From: Octopus bimaculoides
Lineage: Eukaryota
Direction of reading: 5' to 3'
Length of the DNA: 64,000 nt
Assembly (NCBI RefSeq): GCF_001194135.2
Contig: NC_068984.1
Location: forward strand, 39,105,039 to 39,169,038
Part shown: positions 11,113 to 23,300 of the stretch, in pieces
Numbering within the stretch: the first letter of the stretch is position 1
How the letters are laid out: every line of letters begins with the position of its first letter
The notes under the pieces: model-generated
Databases searched by the model: none
Told to the model about the DNA's origin: nothing
Seen by the model: the letters and a program-made list of their open reading frames with translations, nothing else
Program-made: the position numbers and the translations under genes

Positions 11113-14110
11113 TCGGTGTGAGTGCATGTAAAGCTCCTACGATGGGAGCATAGTAGCTGTTTAGTCTTGGATGACAAGCTATCTAGGAGAAGGATACTCC
11201 GAAATTAAATCTGCAGTCTCAAAGAGCATCCATTGATGAGGATCTATTCCTCTTTATTGGTTATGCTTTTCGTACTTAGAGAGTGGGATTGGGTGAATGC
11301 AAGTTCTCTCCTCACTTTAAAAAGTTTCTGGCATGGGTATTGCTTGAGTAAATTTTGCTGAAGTTACACTAGCTCAAAGAATAGGGCTGGTCGTAGCCCG
11401 AAGAAAGGCTTAAATACAATTATGAGATCCATAAACTATGAAAATGTAAATGGCAAAAAGGGCTTGGGATCCAGAGGTGAACAGGTCTGGCCCAACAGGT
11501 GCCCCAGGGTATCGCAGCCTGGGCTCGGTCGTCATCCTGCCAATGCGTGTAGCAACAACAACAGAAAAGTTTCCATGAATATTGGATGCTGGAATGTAAG
11601 AGCATTATTAGATTCAGAATCAAATAAAAGATACCTGGAGGGAAGGTCTGCTCTTACTGGTAAAAAGATGCAAAAGTATGCAATGGACATTGTGGCATTA
11701 TCTGAGACTAAATTTCTTGGGCAAGTTAACTTTACTGAGAAATCCAGTGGCTACACATTTTATTGGAATGGGAAAGAAGAAAAAGAAAATTGCAAAAAAA
11801 AAAAAAAGTGACGTTGCTTTTGCTCTGAAAATTGAAAATTGGTTGATAAGTTAGAGGAATTGCCATACAGTGTAAATGATAGAATGATATTGCTGAAGTT
11901 GTGTTTAAAAAAGGTTGGTATCTAACACTTGTTAGTGTTTATGCACCAACTATGAATGCAAGTGAAAATGAAAAGCTCTCCTTTTATGATGCACTGAAAG
12001 AAAATATCCACAAAATTCCACACGAAGATAAGATTATGATATTGGGCGATTTTAATGATAGAGTTGGTAAAGATCATGAGACATGGGGTGTGATTGGAGG
12101 ACACGGAGTGGGAAATTGTAACAGCAATGGCTTACTTTTGTTACAGATGTGTTCTGAGCTGAATCTATTTATTATGAGCACTGCTTTTCATACGTTCAAA
12201 ACTACATGGATACACCCCGGTTCAAAACAATGGCACCTGATAGACTATAATGATAACTAGAAAGCGAGATAAGAGAGATTTCAGTATAGTGCGGGTCATG
12301 CGGGGAGCAGAATGTTGGAAAGATCATCGCTTGGTTCGTGGGAAGATCAAGTTTGTAGTGAAGCCAAAAAGTAGACAAAGTGGCACTGGGATCCCTAAAC
12401 GTCTGAATGTGAATTTTCTTAAGGATAAAACAGTTCGAGTAGAATTTTAGCAGAAAATCGAAAATTTGGATTGGACAGATGAGTGGATGGACTTCAGAGG
12501 ATAACTATACAATTTAAGTAGAGAAGTTTTCGGAGTAAAAAAGAAGAAATATCAAGATTGGTTTGATGAAAGTGTTGGAAATATTAACATTTATTGGAAG
12601 GAAAACGAAAGGTATTGCATTCATTACTAGCAAATGGTTCTGACCAAAATAGAGCTTTTTTCAAAGAGATAAATGCAGATGTGCAAAGAAAGATTCGAAG
12701 CATGCAGGCTACTTGGTGGCGGAAGAAAGCAGAAGAGATAGAGGCTGCTTCCAATGTTAAGAACACTAAGTTGTTATATACCCTCCTTCGTGAGGTGTAT
12801 GGGCGACGGTTTTATAGATATTTCAAAATTATGATGCTATGATGCTGGGTGTTTCCATTATTTTGTCCAACCCCTGTATATCAGATATCGTACAATAGGA
12901 AAATTCTCTAACATCAGAAGACTGTCAGCTAAGTCAAGAACGTCCTCAATTCTTATTAGAGACCCCCTCTATGCAGATGATTGTGATATTGTCACTCATA
13001 CTGAGGAGGACATGCAAAATCTTATGAATACAATTTCAATGGCTTGTGAGGCACTTGGCTTGACCATAAATCTAACCAAAACTGTTGTCATGTCTCAGCC
13101 AGCAGCAGGAATGCCATACATAGAACCTGGTATCTTCGTGTATGGAACAAAGCTTGCTATGGTTTCTAAGTTTATTTACTTGGGGAGCACACTAGACACA
13201 TCAGCGCATCTTGATGATGAAGTGTCACTACGCATTCAGAAAACCAGTTTTGCTTTTGGCAAACTGAGACCGCCTAAGGTCTAGACATGGTATTTCCACT
13301 GCGACAAAGATTAAGGTATACATGTATCTTAACCTCCTTATTGTATGCTTGCGAAACCTGGACTGTGTACCGTAAGCACTTAAAACTTATGGAACGTTTT
13401 CGTCAACAATGTCTCGGAAAGATTTTGAGGATCAGCTGGAAAATGTTTGTCAGTGACGATGATGTGCTTGAAAGAGGGAAAGGCTTCAGTACTGAAGTTT
13501 TGCTATCGCAGCACAGATTGAAATGGAGTGGACACTTAGAATGACAGGTAACAGAATGAAGAATTGGTGACAGGTAAGCGTTCGTCCCATAAACCAGAGA
13601 TGAGGTACTAGGATTGCCTGAAGTAGGGATTGAATAAGATAAATGTTGTGTATGAAGGCAAAAATGAATTTGAAAGGAAGAGAATGGAGCATGCAAAGAT
13701 CAAAGGAATGATGAGAAAAACTGATAGGAATGATGTTCTAACAAGCATTAATGAACGTGATGATCTTACATGTGATGCATGTGGAAAGATTTGTCTTAGT
13801 AAGGCTGGGCAAAAGAACCATTTGAAATCACACATTGCACAACCGCACATTGATTATAGATGGACAGACGATTTCGAATGCATATTCTGTCATAAACTAT
13901 GCAGATCAAAAAGTGGCTCGAAAAGGCATAGTCAAGTTCATGGAGCTGTAAATTATACGATCACCAAGTCTTCTTGCACTAATTGTCAAAAAGCATGCAA
14001 GTCTTTGGCAGGCCTCAAAAACCATATTCGTGCAGCTCACCGATGATATTCTAGGGCATAAAGAAATCAGGCAATGGCTCTACTGGAAATGAAGTTGGCA
14101 ACCATCATGT
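11113..14110 (+). mobile_element. Near full-length RTE (BovB-like) LINE pseudogene: 5' UTR, APE endonuclease, internally deleted RT, three C-terminal C2H2 fingers, (ATGT)n tail
   Basis: IGCWNVRALL, DIVALSET, VSVYAPT, ILGDFN.RVG, TWIHPGSKQWHLIDY, LYADDCDIV, KFIYLGS, LLYACETW; tail begins at 14107. Confidence 0.92.
12846..12876 (+). mobile_element. Isolated Tc1 terminal inverted repeat inside the RTE LINE
   Basis: GGTGTTTCCATTATTTTGTCCAACCCCTG|TA, nearly identical to the TIR at 5619-5647. Confidence 0.75.
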
Positions 14111-14214
14111 ATGTATGTATGTATGTATGTATGTATGTATGTATGTATGTATGTATGTATGCATGCAGGCATGCATGTATGTATGTATGTATGTATGTAT
14201 GTATGTATTATATG

Positions 14215-14520
14215 TGCAGATTTGTATGTTTAGCTTTATATATATATTCCCATGCATATAGTTGCATATCTAGACATGCTCATAAATATTTAAATGATAA
14301 ACTTCTGGAAGGTTTTACAGATTTTTACAGTTTCAGTGATGGAATGGATCTATAGTCTTCGAATTAGCTTTCTCTTTTCTGGTTTTGAGAAGCCTAATTT
14401 CTCCAGATTGGTATTTAGGCAGTGTGTTACATATCCCAAGGCCCCAACAATTACATATATATACCTGAACTTGTAATCTGGATAGATTAACTGACGATTT
14501 CTCAATAGTTCAACGTAGGT
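14215..14520 (-). mobile_element. 3' end of a restriction-like-endonuclease non-LTR element embedded in (TACA)n repeats
   Basis: [30 protein letters not shown]...LEKLGFS...LIRRL*IHSITETVKICKTFQKF; (ATGT)n on both sides. Confidence 0.6.
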
Positions 14521-14531
14521 ATGAATGTATG

Positions 14532-14565
<34 letters not shown>

Positions 14566-14799
14566 TGTATGTATGTATGTATGCGTGGTATGTGTATGTG
14601 TGTGTGCGTGGGTGTATGAATGCGTGGGCGTGCGCGCGTGTGTATATAAAGAGCGTGTATTCTGTTCAGTTGATAAAAATTTTCTATAATAATAATTAGT
14701 AAAGAACATAATGTATATATATATAGTTATATATATGTATACGAAGATATATATATATGTACATGTATGTGTGTGTTTGTGGGAGGGAGTGTGTGCGTG

Positions 14800-14845
<46 letters not shown>

Positions 14846-14869
14846 CATATATATATGTATATCTCGTGG

Positions 14870-15009
14870 ATATCGTTGGCGATTTTTTCTCCCTCCGTCT
14901 TCCCTTATTTGGACTTTCCTATGTTTCCGACGAAGAGCTCCGCTCGAAACGTCAAATTCTCTTTCTTTCCTTTCCCGAGCGTCCAGTAACACAATCCGTA
15001 TCACGTCCT
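14870..15009 (+). ncRNA. Short repeat containing a minimal type-I hammerhead ribozyme motif (14924-14956), truncated by an assembly gap
   Basis: TTT-CCGACGA-A-GAGC(TCC)GCTC-GAAAC-GTC-AAA. Confidence 0.6.
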
Positions 15010-16296
15010 NNNNNNNNNNNNNNNNNNNNNNNNNNNNNNNNNNNNNNNNNNNNNNNNNNNNNNNNNNNNNNNNNNNNNNNNNNNNNNNNNNNNNNNNNNN
15101 NNNNNNNNNNNNNNNNNNNNNNNNNNNNNNNNNNNNNNNNNNNNNNNNNNNNNNNNNNNNNNNNNNNNNNNNNNNNNNNNNNNNNNNNNNNNNNNNNNNN
15201 NNNNNNNNNNNNNNNNNNNNNNNNNNNNNNNNNNNNNNNNNNNNNNNNNNNNNNNNNNNNNNNNNNNNNNNNNNNNNNNNNNNNNNNNNNNNNNNNNNNN
15301 NNNNNNNNNNNNNNNNNNNNNNNNNNNNNNNNNNNNNNNNNNNNNNNNNNNNNNNNNNNNNNNNNNNNNNNNNNNNNNNNNNNNNNNNNNNNNNNNNNNN
15401 NNNNNNNNNNNNNNNNNNNNNNNNNNNNNNNNNNNNNNNNNNNNNNNNNNNNNNNNNNNNNNNNNNNNNNNNNNNNNNNNNNNNNNNNNNNNNNNNNNNN
15501 NNNNNNNNNNNNNNNNNNNNNNNNNNNNNNNNNNNNNNNNNNNNNNNNNNNNNNNNNNNNNNNNNNNNNNNNNNNNNNNNNNNNNNNNNNNNNNNNNNNN
15601 NNNNNNNNNNNNNNNNNNNNNNNNNNNCAACATACATAGTTCGGAATCAGGCCCCAAGAACTGTTGGGCCTCTGGACAACTGCCCTGTGTGTCCATGCTT
15701 TAAGAAGGCACTGATCATTGGACAAGATGATGCGAAGTCTGAGAATATACTAAGAAAACATCAATTTATATGGAGGTCGATCGAATTAACAAAATCGATA
15801 CGGAAAGGAGTCTCTTTCTTTTTGGTGGTGGAAGAACAAAACAAGTAACAAGCATACTAAACAGAAGTGCAAAGTGGCCGAGTATTCCATAGACGCATGC
15901 ATTTTCAACGTAAGTCTCGCGTAGAACCAACGTGACGCAATATGACAAAGCTGGACCCTTGAATTACCGTGTGTAATTCATACATAAGCTTTTACAGCTT
16001 CCGTTTTCACAAGCTGCCTCACATGTTTTGGGGTCAACTCGAGACTATGGTTAAAAAAGATACTTGTCAAAGATGTCACACAATGGGATCGAACCTAGTA
16101 CTTCATGGTTGCGCACCGAACTTCTTGAGCATACAGTCATACACACAGTGGTATAAATAAGTATGTGGAATGTGCGGACCGTGCAAGGTAGCCAAAACGC
16201 ACGCTAGGTCACTGGCTATGCACACTCACAAACACGCATATCATACACAATTATTATCAATATATATATTAACGGACCATACATACATACATATAT

Positions 16297-16331
<35 letters not shown>

Positions 16332-16348
16332 TATATATACATACACAC

Positions 16349-16379
<31 letters not shown>

Positions 16380-16385
16380 TGTATG

Positions 16386-16421
<36 letters not shown>

Positions 16422-17397
16422 CATACATATGTGTGTGTGTGTGTGTGTGTGTGTGTATCGTACACATTTGTATCTATTATAGAAACATCTATAATTTGAG
16501 TGTGATGTGGGTGTGCTGTAAGACCGCGTGTGGAACTGTGAAAGAAAATCAGAGGAGAAAAATAGAAAGGAAGGGGGAGAAGGAACATTTAAGTGCACCT
16601 CAAATGGTTGTATGTCACAAGCACGCGCGCACACGCACGCACACGCACGCACACACACACACACATATACACCCACACACACATACAGACACGCACTCAC
16701 AGACACATTGTTTATATGTCATTTCAATTATGTATATGTATGTATGTATGTATGTATGTGTGTGTGTGTGTGTATGTATATATGTATGTATGTATTTATA
16801 TATTATGTATATACATATATTGCTGAATAACTTTGTGAAATAGACACGTGACTTCTAGTAAATCTTGTTCTAAATGTTAACTTGTCGAACGAGGGGGACT
16901 AGATATTTGTACTCTGTCTTTATACACAAACTTAATACAATGCTCCTTTTTTCAAAGTCTACTTTATTAAAAACCGTACGCTGAAGTAGTTTCTCGAGAA
17001 GTTTTGAAATTTCTTCGCTTTAGATTTCAAGCTTTATGAACATCATTTTTCAGTGTGTGACCTTATGTATAAAATGCAGCACTGAAATGAATGAAAACGG
17101 CTCTGATAGATATGAAAGATTAAAGATAAGTGTATATGACTAAGTCATCACTTCCTGTGCTATTGAAGATTAACCCCTTTCTCTGTCCTTTAACAAACAT
17201 GATTTTTATCTAGCTTATTAGTATTAGTGAGATTCTGATTAATCAATAAGTTAGGAATTGGGTTGGTTTTTTTTCTTTTTTTACATATCTTGATCAATAA
17301 ATAACTGAAAACTTTTAGGCATGTTTCTTTATATCCCTCCCTCATGGAATCTGAGGGCCAGCTGATAACTAATGTGTAGATACATTTCGCTAATTCA

Positions 17398-17564
17398 GCC
17401 AATCACAATAAGGCAAGTCGCTGCCCTCGTTTCCTGTCTTATTCAATAATCGTTTCGAAAAGTTGAGGAAAAAATTCACAAAAACTATTTTCTCGAAAAT
17501 GATCATCGTAAAAAAATTGCATGGATACAGCTAATGTTGTTTAAAAAGCTGTTAACAGGTAAGG
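17398..17564 (+). promoter_or_regulatory. Candidate promoter and non-coding first exon of the CDK4/6 gene
   Basis: GCCAATCA CCAAT box at 17398-17405, Ets-like TTTCCTGT, local CpG retention and donor CAG|GTAAGG at 17558/17559. No transcript evidence. Confidence 0.3.
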
Positions 17565-19434
17565 GGTAGCGACATTTGCATGCTTTATTCATATATTTCA
17601 TTTCTTTCGACCACATTTTTGCATTTTGAAGTTCCCATTCATCTCCAGAGATACCTCTGTTGAGTCAGTGGTTTTTTTTTTTATTATTCTCTTCTCGTTT
17701 GAAAACTTTTAGTAAGTGTCAATTTACGATGACCACAGGTCACTCCGGTGAAACATAGGTTACTGTTGTCAATAAATAGCTATTGCGTTCCCGTTGAATT
17801 TGTTATCTAATACATGTGACAAGCGTGCTGTTTTCACTCAAGATAGCCAGGACAAAGCAAACTTTTTAAACTTTTAATATATGTGTGTATATTTTTTTGG
17901 TTAGAATTTTAATGGTCTTCAATTTTTTTCAAATGAGAAATTCTGTTTTTTCTTAAAATAAAAATGTATAATTATGTGAAACTTATTGTGAAATCGTTAC
18001 TTTGAAAGTACTTTTATTTTGTAGCATGTGGTAGAAAACCGTGAACTGAATTACATTGAAGGAAGGGAGGGCATTGTAAAATAAATAGACTCTTGTCATT
18101 TCGCCTATCTCTAATTTGCTAGTATTTCTGTTTTTATTTTATACATGATAGTGGATGACTAATATTTTTAATTTTTATTTTCTAGGTTTATGTAGAACTT
18201 CTTTTTCTTTCAAAAAAAACTCGCCCATATTAAAAAAAAATCCTTCTGCGATTGTTTTTCACGAAATTTGACTACCGAAAAGTTGCTAGGTTTCTTATAA
18301 TCATCTTTTAAAATAGAATTTATAAGAACACATTTTGATTTTTATTTCATATTAGATGCGATTTAACAAAACAGTATGTAATTTCAGTATTATATAGTAG
18401 AATATTAGAAATAGCAACAATAATAATAGCTAATCGCCTAGTTCTCACTATTGTCGTGGTTATTCTCCTCCCTTCTCTTTATATGCTAAACATGGGTGGC
18501 CTGTCTGATAGGTCACTAGTTGTTCTAAATTCATTAACTATTAAACTATAACAGGACATCTTTGAAGTTCTCATCCTCTTTTTGCCTTTGCTATTCATCG
18601 AAACGATTCATTGATTATGTATATTCATTGAATCAACTTTATTTTCAAGTAGCAACATCTCATCGTTATCTGACACCCTTTAATGGATCTTAATTGATTT
18701 TGACTTCATTGAATACATTTTTTGTTTTTTATTTTTTTAAATGACTTTTTTTGGACATTGTAATTTAAGATTCCACATACCTAAGAATTAGTATGATTGG
18801 AAACAACATAGTTGAAACAAAACAACGCAAGTGAAAAAATTCCGGTTTTTTTTTACAGATGAACGATTTCTTTAAAAAGTTGTAGTAAAATAATCTTTGT
18901 GACCTGAGTAAAGTGACAAATGTTGATATTCATTTTGATCATTGTGCATAGCTTTTCATGCATGAAAAGAAAAAAATCATGAAAACCACAACTTCACATT
19001 TCCCCACTTCTTATTTTAAGATCAGGTTCATGCATAAAATTAGACAGTTATTAATAATAAGCAGGCACCGAAGTGTACAAGTTCGCGACCTGGTTTCGCG
19101 TCTCGATTGGAATAATCTATCGTTTCTTAAATCTCTACAATTTCGTTTTTGGTTTTTTTTTTCCGTAGAGTGAAGCGAGGCCTTGTGTTTTGTAAAGATA
19201 ATCAATGTTACTGGATGTGTAATGTGGTGGTATTCTGAATGAGTCTACTTGTATTTTCTGTAAAAGATCCATCCAGCTAGAAAATATTGACTTACATTAA
19301 GACATTCGATGAAGGCATCAATCGCTTATTTTCTACTTTTCATAACTCTGAGGAATCATGACATTACTGTATTCTTGACAAGAGGACTTACCTAGCCTTT
19401 CAAAATACGGCATAACTACAATTTATTGCTATAA

Positions 19435-19895
19435 CCGCTACGTTTGTTTCCTCATAACTTTTTGAAAAATACATATTTTTAAATGAAATGTTGCTGAGGT
19501 ATGTTTTCGAGGGTGTAGATTACGATTATCCTGATAATGTTGAAAACTAATTTTTTTTGGAAGAGTTTTGGATCATTCTCTCTACTTTGTTTCCTCATAA
19601 CTCTTTTTAAAATGCATATTGTTGATGACATTTTTCAGAAATTCGTTTTTAAGTGTGTAGATTACGTAATGTTGACGTTTCAAGCATACTAATGTGAAAA
19701 AATGATAATGCTAAAGTTAAGGAAATTGGTAGTAACAGTTGAAGGAAGGATGAAATGATGCAAAATTTCTCAATTTAAAAAAAAAAAAATTTTTTATATC
19801 AAAATATTCAGAATCTACATCCTTGAAAATATACATCTGCAAAATTTCATTAAAACATGCATTTTTCATAAAATGACGAGGAAACAAAGTCGGAG
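19435..19895. mobile_element. Old MITE or DNA-transposon remnant with two direct copies and one inverted copy of a ~85-bp unit
   Basis: TTTGTTTCCTCATAACT...GTGTAGATTACG at ~19445 and ~19586; reverse complement at ~19812-19890. Confidence 0.5.
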
Positions 19896-20660
19896 ATCAC
19901 TTAATTTGAAGTTATGTTCAAATGTCTTCAGACTTTCTACATAAGGAAATACGTGGTATGTTTCGATGAATTGTGGCTGAATGAAATCTGTTTGATTTCA
20001 AATCTCAGTTATTGTACTTCTTAATAAATATTATTAGGGGTTGAAATCTCATCGAGGTCAGCATTTCCTTTCATCCTTCCTAGGTCGATGAATAAAGTCA
20101 AGTACTGAGTTGGTGTAATTGGCTACTCTTTCCGTACTGATTGATTATTGTGTTGCACCATAGTTAGGAGTCATTTGAAAGCATAATCGCTGTGACTCAA
20201 TGGTAAAAAAGTTTGAACCCAGATAATGACAAATCAACATTACAATTTTTAGATACAAAAAACGTACCCAACACACTCTATAATGTGGTTGGCAGTAGGA
20301 TGGGTATCCAGTTGTAGAAACCTAATCAAAGTACACAAAGGTGCAGTAGTTCATGAAGACTGGCTCCCAATAAGGAATGACTCGGTCTGTGATGATTTAT
20401 CTAACCCATGTCATCATGGAAAGCATGCAAAAAGTGATGAGAATGGTGATGATGTACAACTCCAATTATTGAGCCAGAAATATGTGAAGAATTACTAGAT
20501 TCCTTGCTGAAATCATATCTGCTGCAAGTTATGTATTTGAATAAGGAATTTAAATCTTCCTGTCTTTACGATTTTTAAAAATCAGTTGTTTGTGAGAGTG
20601 CAAGTCGTCTGACATCAGTAAGCTGTTGATTAATTTAGCAGAGAAATATAAACATTGCTG

Positions 20661-21064
20661 TACATTATTTACATTTGACGGATATTTGTCCTCATCTTGT
20701 TTGTTGTTAACACGTCCTGGGGGAATTTCGAACCTGGGTTCTCATTTCTAAGGTATTTTACCGATATTATTATTATTATCATTATTCAGGTCACTGCCTG
20801 GAATCAAACTTGGAATCTTGGGGTTAAGAGCGCAGGCTACTAACCCCAAGATTCTGAGTTCGATTCCAGGCAGTGACCTGAATAATAAAATAATAATGAT
20901 AATAATAATAATAACAACAACAACATTGGAAAAGTACCTTAGGAATGAGAACCCAGGTTCGAAATTCCCCCTGGACACCTAATGAAAGCTGGAGAGTACA
21001 TCAGCCAAAACGTGTTAGCAACAAACAAGATGAGGACAAATATCTGTCAAATGTAAATAATGTA
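20661..21064. mobile_element. Palindromic head-to-head dimer of a tRNA-headed small element with a degenerate hammerhead
   Basis: Arms 20661-20826 and 20841-21064. B-box GTTCGATTCC at 20858-20867. Hammerhead relic at 20974-21016 is present only in the right arm. Confidence 0.8.
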
Positions 21065-21401
21065 TATAATTCTTCATCTCTCAAATATAGAACTGTATAA
21101 ACATTGTTGGTCTAAACTGCTCAACTATAAATAGGCACTATATGATGAAGGTGGTGGGCTTAGAAGTGAAATGACAAAATAGTTACGATATTGGACAATC
21201 AGATCATAGGTCTGGAGTATGGATCCACAATTAATGTGTCAGAACATTTAATAATTTTCTAGCTTTGTTATTAAAAAGTTTACTTTGAAACCGTGTCGTT
21301 TCAAGTTTCTCCCAGCTGCATTGGTACCATAGGCAAATGTCTTCTACAATAGCCTGGAGTTGATTAATGCCTTGTGAATAAAATTGGTAGATGGAAACTA
21401 T

Positions 21402-21580
21402 ATCATCATCATCATCATCATCATCATCAATCATTTAATGTGTGGCTTCTTTGCTACCATGGGTTGGATGATTTGATAGATCCTGATAAGTTAGAGAAAG
21501 AACAGTGTCATGCTCCAGTGTCTACTTTGGTGTGGTTTCTGTTCCTAGATGCCTTCTCTAATACCAACCATGTTACAGAG
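21402..21580 (-). mobile_element. 3' UTR fragment of the (GAT)n-tailed RTE family; a further + strand fragment at 20260-20458
   Basis: (CAT)n tail then degenerate CATGGGTTGGA...GATGCCTTCTCTAATACCAACCA. Confidence 0.6.
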
Positions 21581-21589
21581 ACTTGGTTA

Positions 21590-22195
21590 AGGTTAAGGGT
21601 CTAAGGTGGCCCTTATAACTGAGGGAAAATAGAAGAAAGCATTGGAGTATTCCTTGCCATACTTGTGAAGAATGGGAGATGGTAAATTAGGGAAGATTGA
21701 AGAGTATGGTAGGGGATAAAGGTGACAGAAGTTATTGGGAAAAAAAGGTGGGATAGAGTTGAAAGGTGAGAGGGTGGTTTGTATAAGGGAGGGGATCAAG
21801 GGCTATCCAACATTATAAGAGGCAAGTGTGGACAGGAGTGAGGGCAAACAGGATAAAAAGAATGCAATAGATTAGGATGGAGTGTGATCCTGAGAGAGTT
21901 ATTGAAGGAAAGTGTGGTATGGGAGTTTGTAGGAGGCAGTTTGAAGGTGGAAAAAAAGGAGAGAGATGTTAAGGAGGCAGAAAAGTTGTGGGGTGGAGGG
22001 CAATGAGAGAAGGAGAGGGTGGGGAGAAAGAAAGACTCTGGAAAGTATCATAGAGGTAATAGATAGAAGAGGAGTGTGAATACTGCAGAAGCATCCCAAA
22101 TAGGAAGGAAGTGGAAAAGATGGAGAGGGGTAAGGAGAAAACAGTGGGTACAGTGAGGGGAAAAAAGGCTAGAGGGTATCCCAGAGGTGATGGAT
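21590..22195. repeat. Purine-rich low-complexity unclassified repeat
   Basis: Strong strand asymmetry (G/A-rich on +); no ORF. Confidence 0.35.
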
Positions 22196-22226
22196 TGGTC
22201 AAGTGTAGTGTGTGTGTGTGTGTATG

Positions 22227-22265
<39 letters not shown>

Positions 22266-22804
22266 TTTGGATGGTCATTTTTTTTTTAACAAATAAACTA
22301 CTGTTCTTATTTTAATGTCCATCGTCTGGAAGTCTTTCGTCACACATCTGTAACCTCTTCAGTGACCCTTTCTGTCCATGTGTGTCCTGCTCCACCGAAT
22401 CCATTTTGTCCTTCTATAATGTATTTCCTTATCTGCGCATGCAGCTGTGTCTGTAACTGTGTGTGTGTGCATGTATGTTACTATGTATGTGTGTGCATGT
22501 ACATTCATACACATGTCTGTGTTTTGCATGTGTGCTTATGTGTGTGTATATGGGCTTGCCCACTACATTGTTTATATCCATGCCCTTTACATTGTTGTTC
22601 TTAGTGGTACTTTGACCCTCCCCTCACCTACATTTTCCCCTTTGCCACTGCTGCTGCTGCTGCTCTTGACCCTTACTTTTGATATTGTTCTTGTATCCCT
22701 CTGTGTCTGTATATATATATATATTGTATCTTCTTCATCAATACCCTTTGCTATAGCACTGCATATTACCAGTTTGTACAATTCTTTGTCATTTCCTCAG
22801 TGAG

Positions 22805-23300
22805 ATGTAGCATCTTCAGGTCAGTCTTGAATCTTCCTTTGTTTCCCTCTTCCACCAGTTCCACAAACTTGGAATGCTTAGCACTTTTGTAGCAGCAGTC
22901 ATCCCCCAAGTGCATTACATGTCTCTACCACTGCAGTCTCCTCTCTTGTACATTACATGTTTCTGCTTATACCAAGTTATTCTCATATTTCTGCTTATAC
23001 CAAGTTCTTCTCTGCTTATACTAAGTTCTTCTCATAACTTGTGTACTCTGACATTCATGCACATGTCTTTGCTACCATGCAGCATCAAAGGTCTAACACA
23101 AACATCATTCAATTTGCTCTTTATTCTGAGGGAAAATACTTTTGTTGCCAACAACAGTTGTAGCTCCCTGAACTTTTTTCAACCCATTCTTACACTGGCT
23201 GCTATACTTCAACCACATTCCCTGCTAATTATATATCCTAGGTTACAGAAGCTATTGACAACTTCTAGTGAGCTGTCTGGGCATTTAAGAGAATTTATTT
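22805..23300 (-). mobile_element. Diverged RTE ORF2 C-terminal fragment
   Basis: Similar to 51065-51500 in reverse orientation (AACAACAGTTGTAGCTCCCTGAACTTT, TCAGGTCAGTCTTGAA). Confidence 0.55.

Noticed and set aside
11113-11420. HDV-like ribozyme in the RTE 5' UTR (hairpins GCTCCTA/TGGGAGC and GGAG/CTCC are present)
   Set aside because: The nested double pseudoknot and the L3 TCCNCG-type motif could not be built by eye; a descriptor search would be needed.
13630-14046. Host C2H2 zinc-finger gene
   Set aside because: It is contiguous with RTE ORF2 and followed by the element's tail, and it lacks TGEKP linkers.
15630-15915. CpG-containing segment with donor-like AAC|GTAAGT and a TGACGCAA motif
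   Set aside because: No recognisable protein, the upstream side is a gap, and there is no independent support as an exon.
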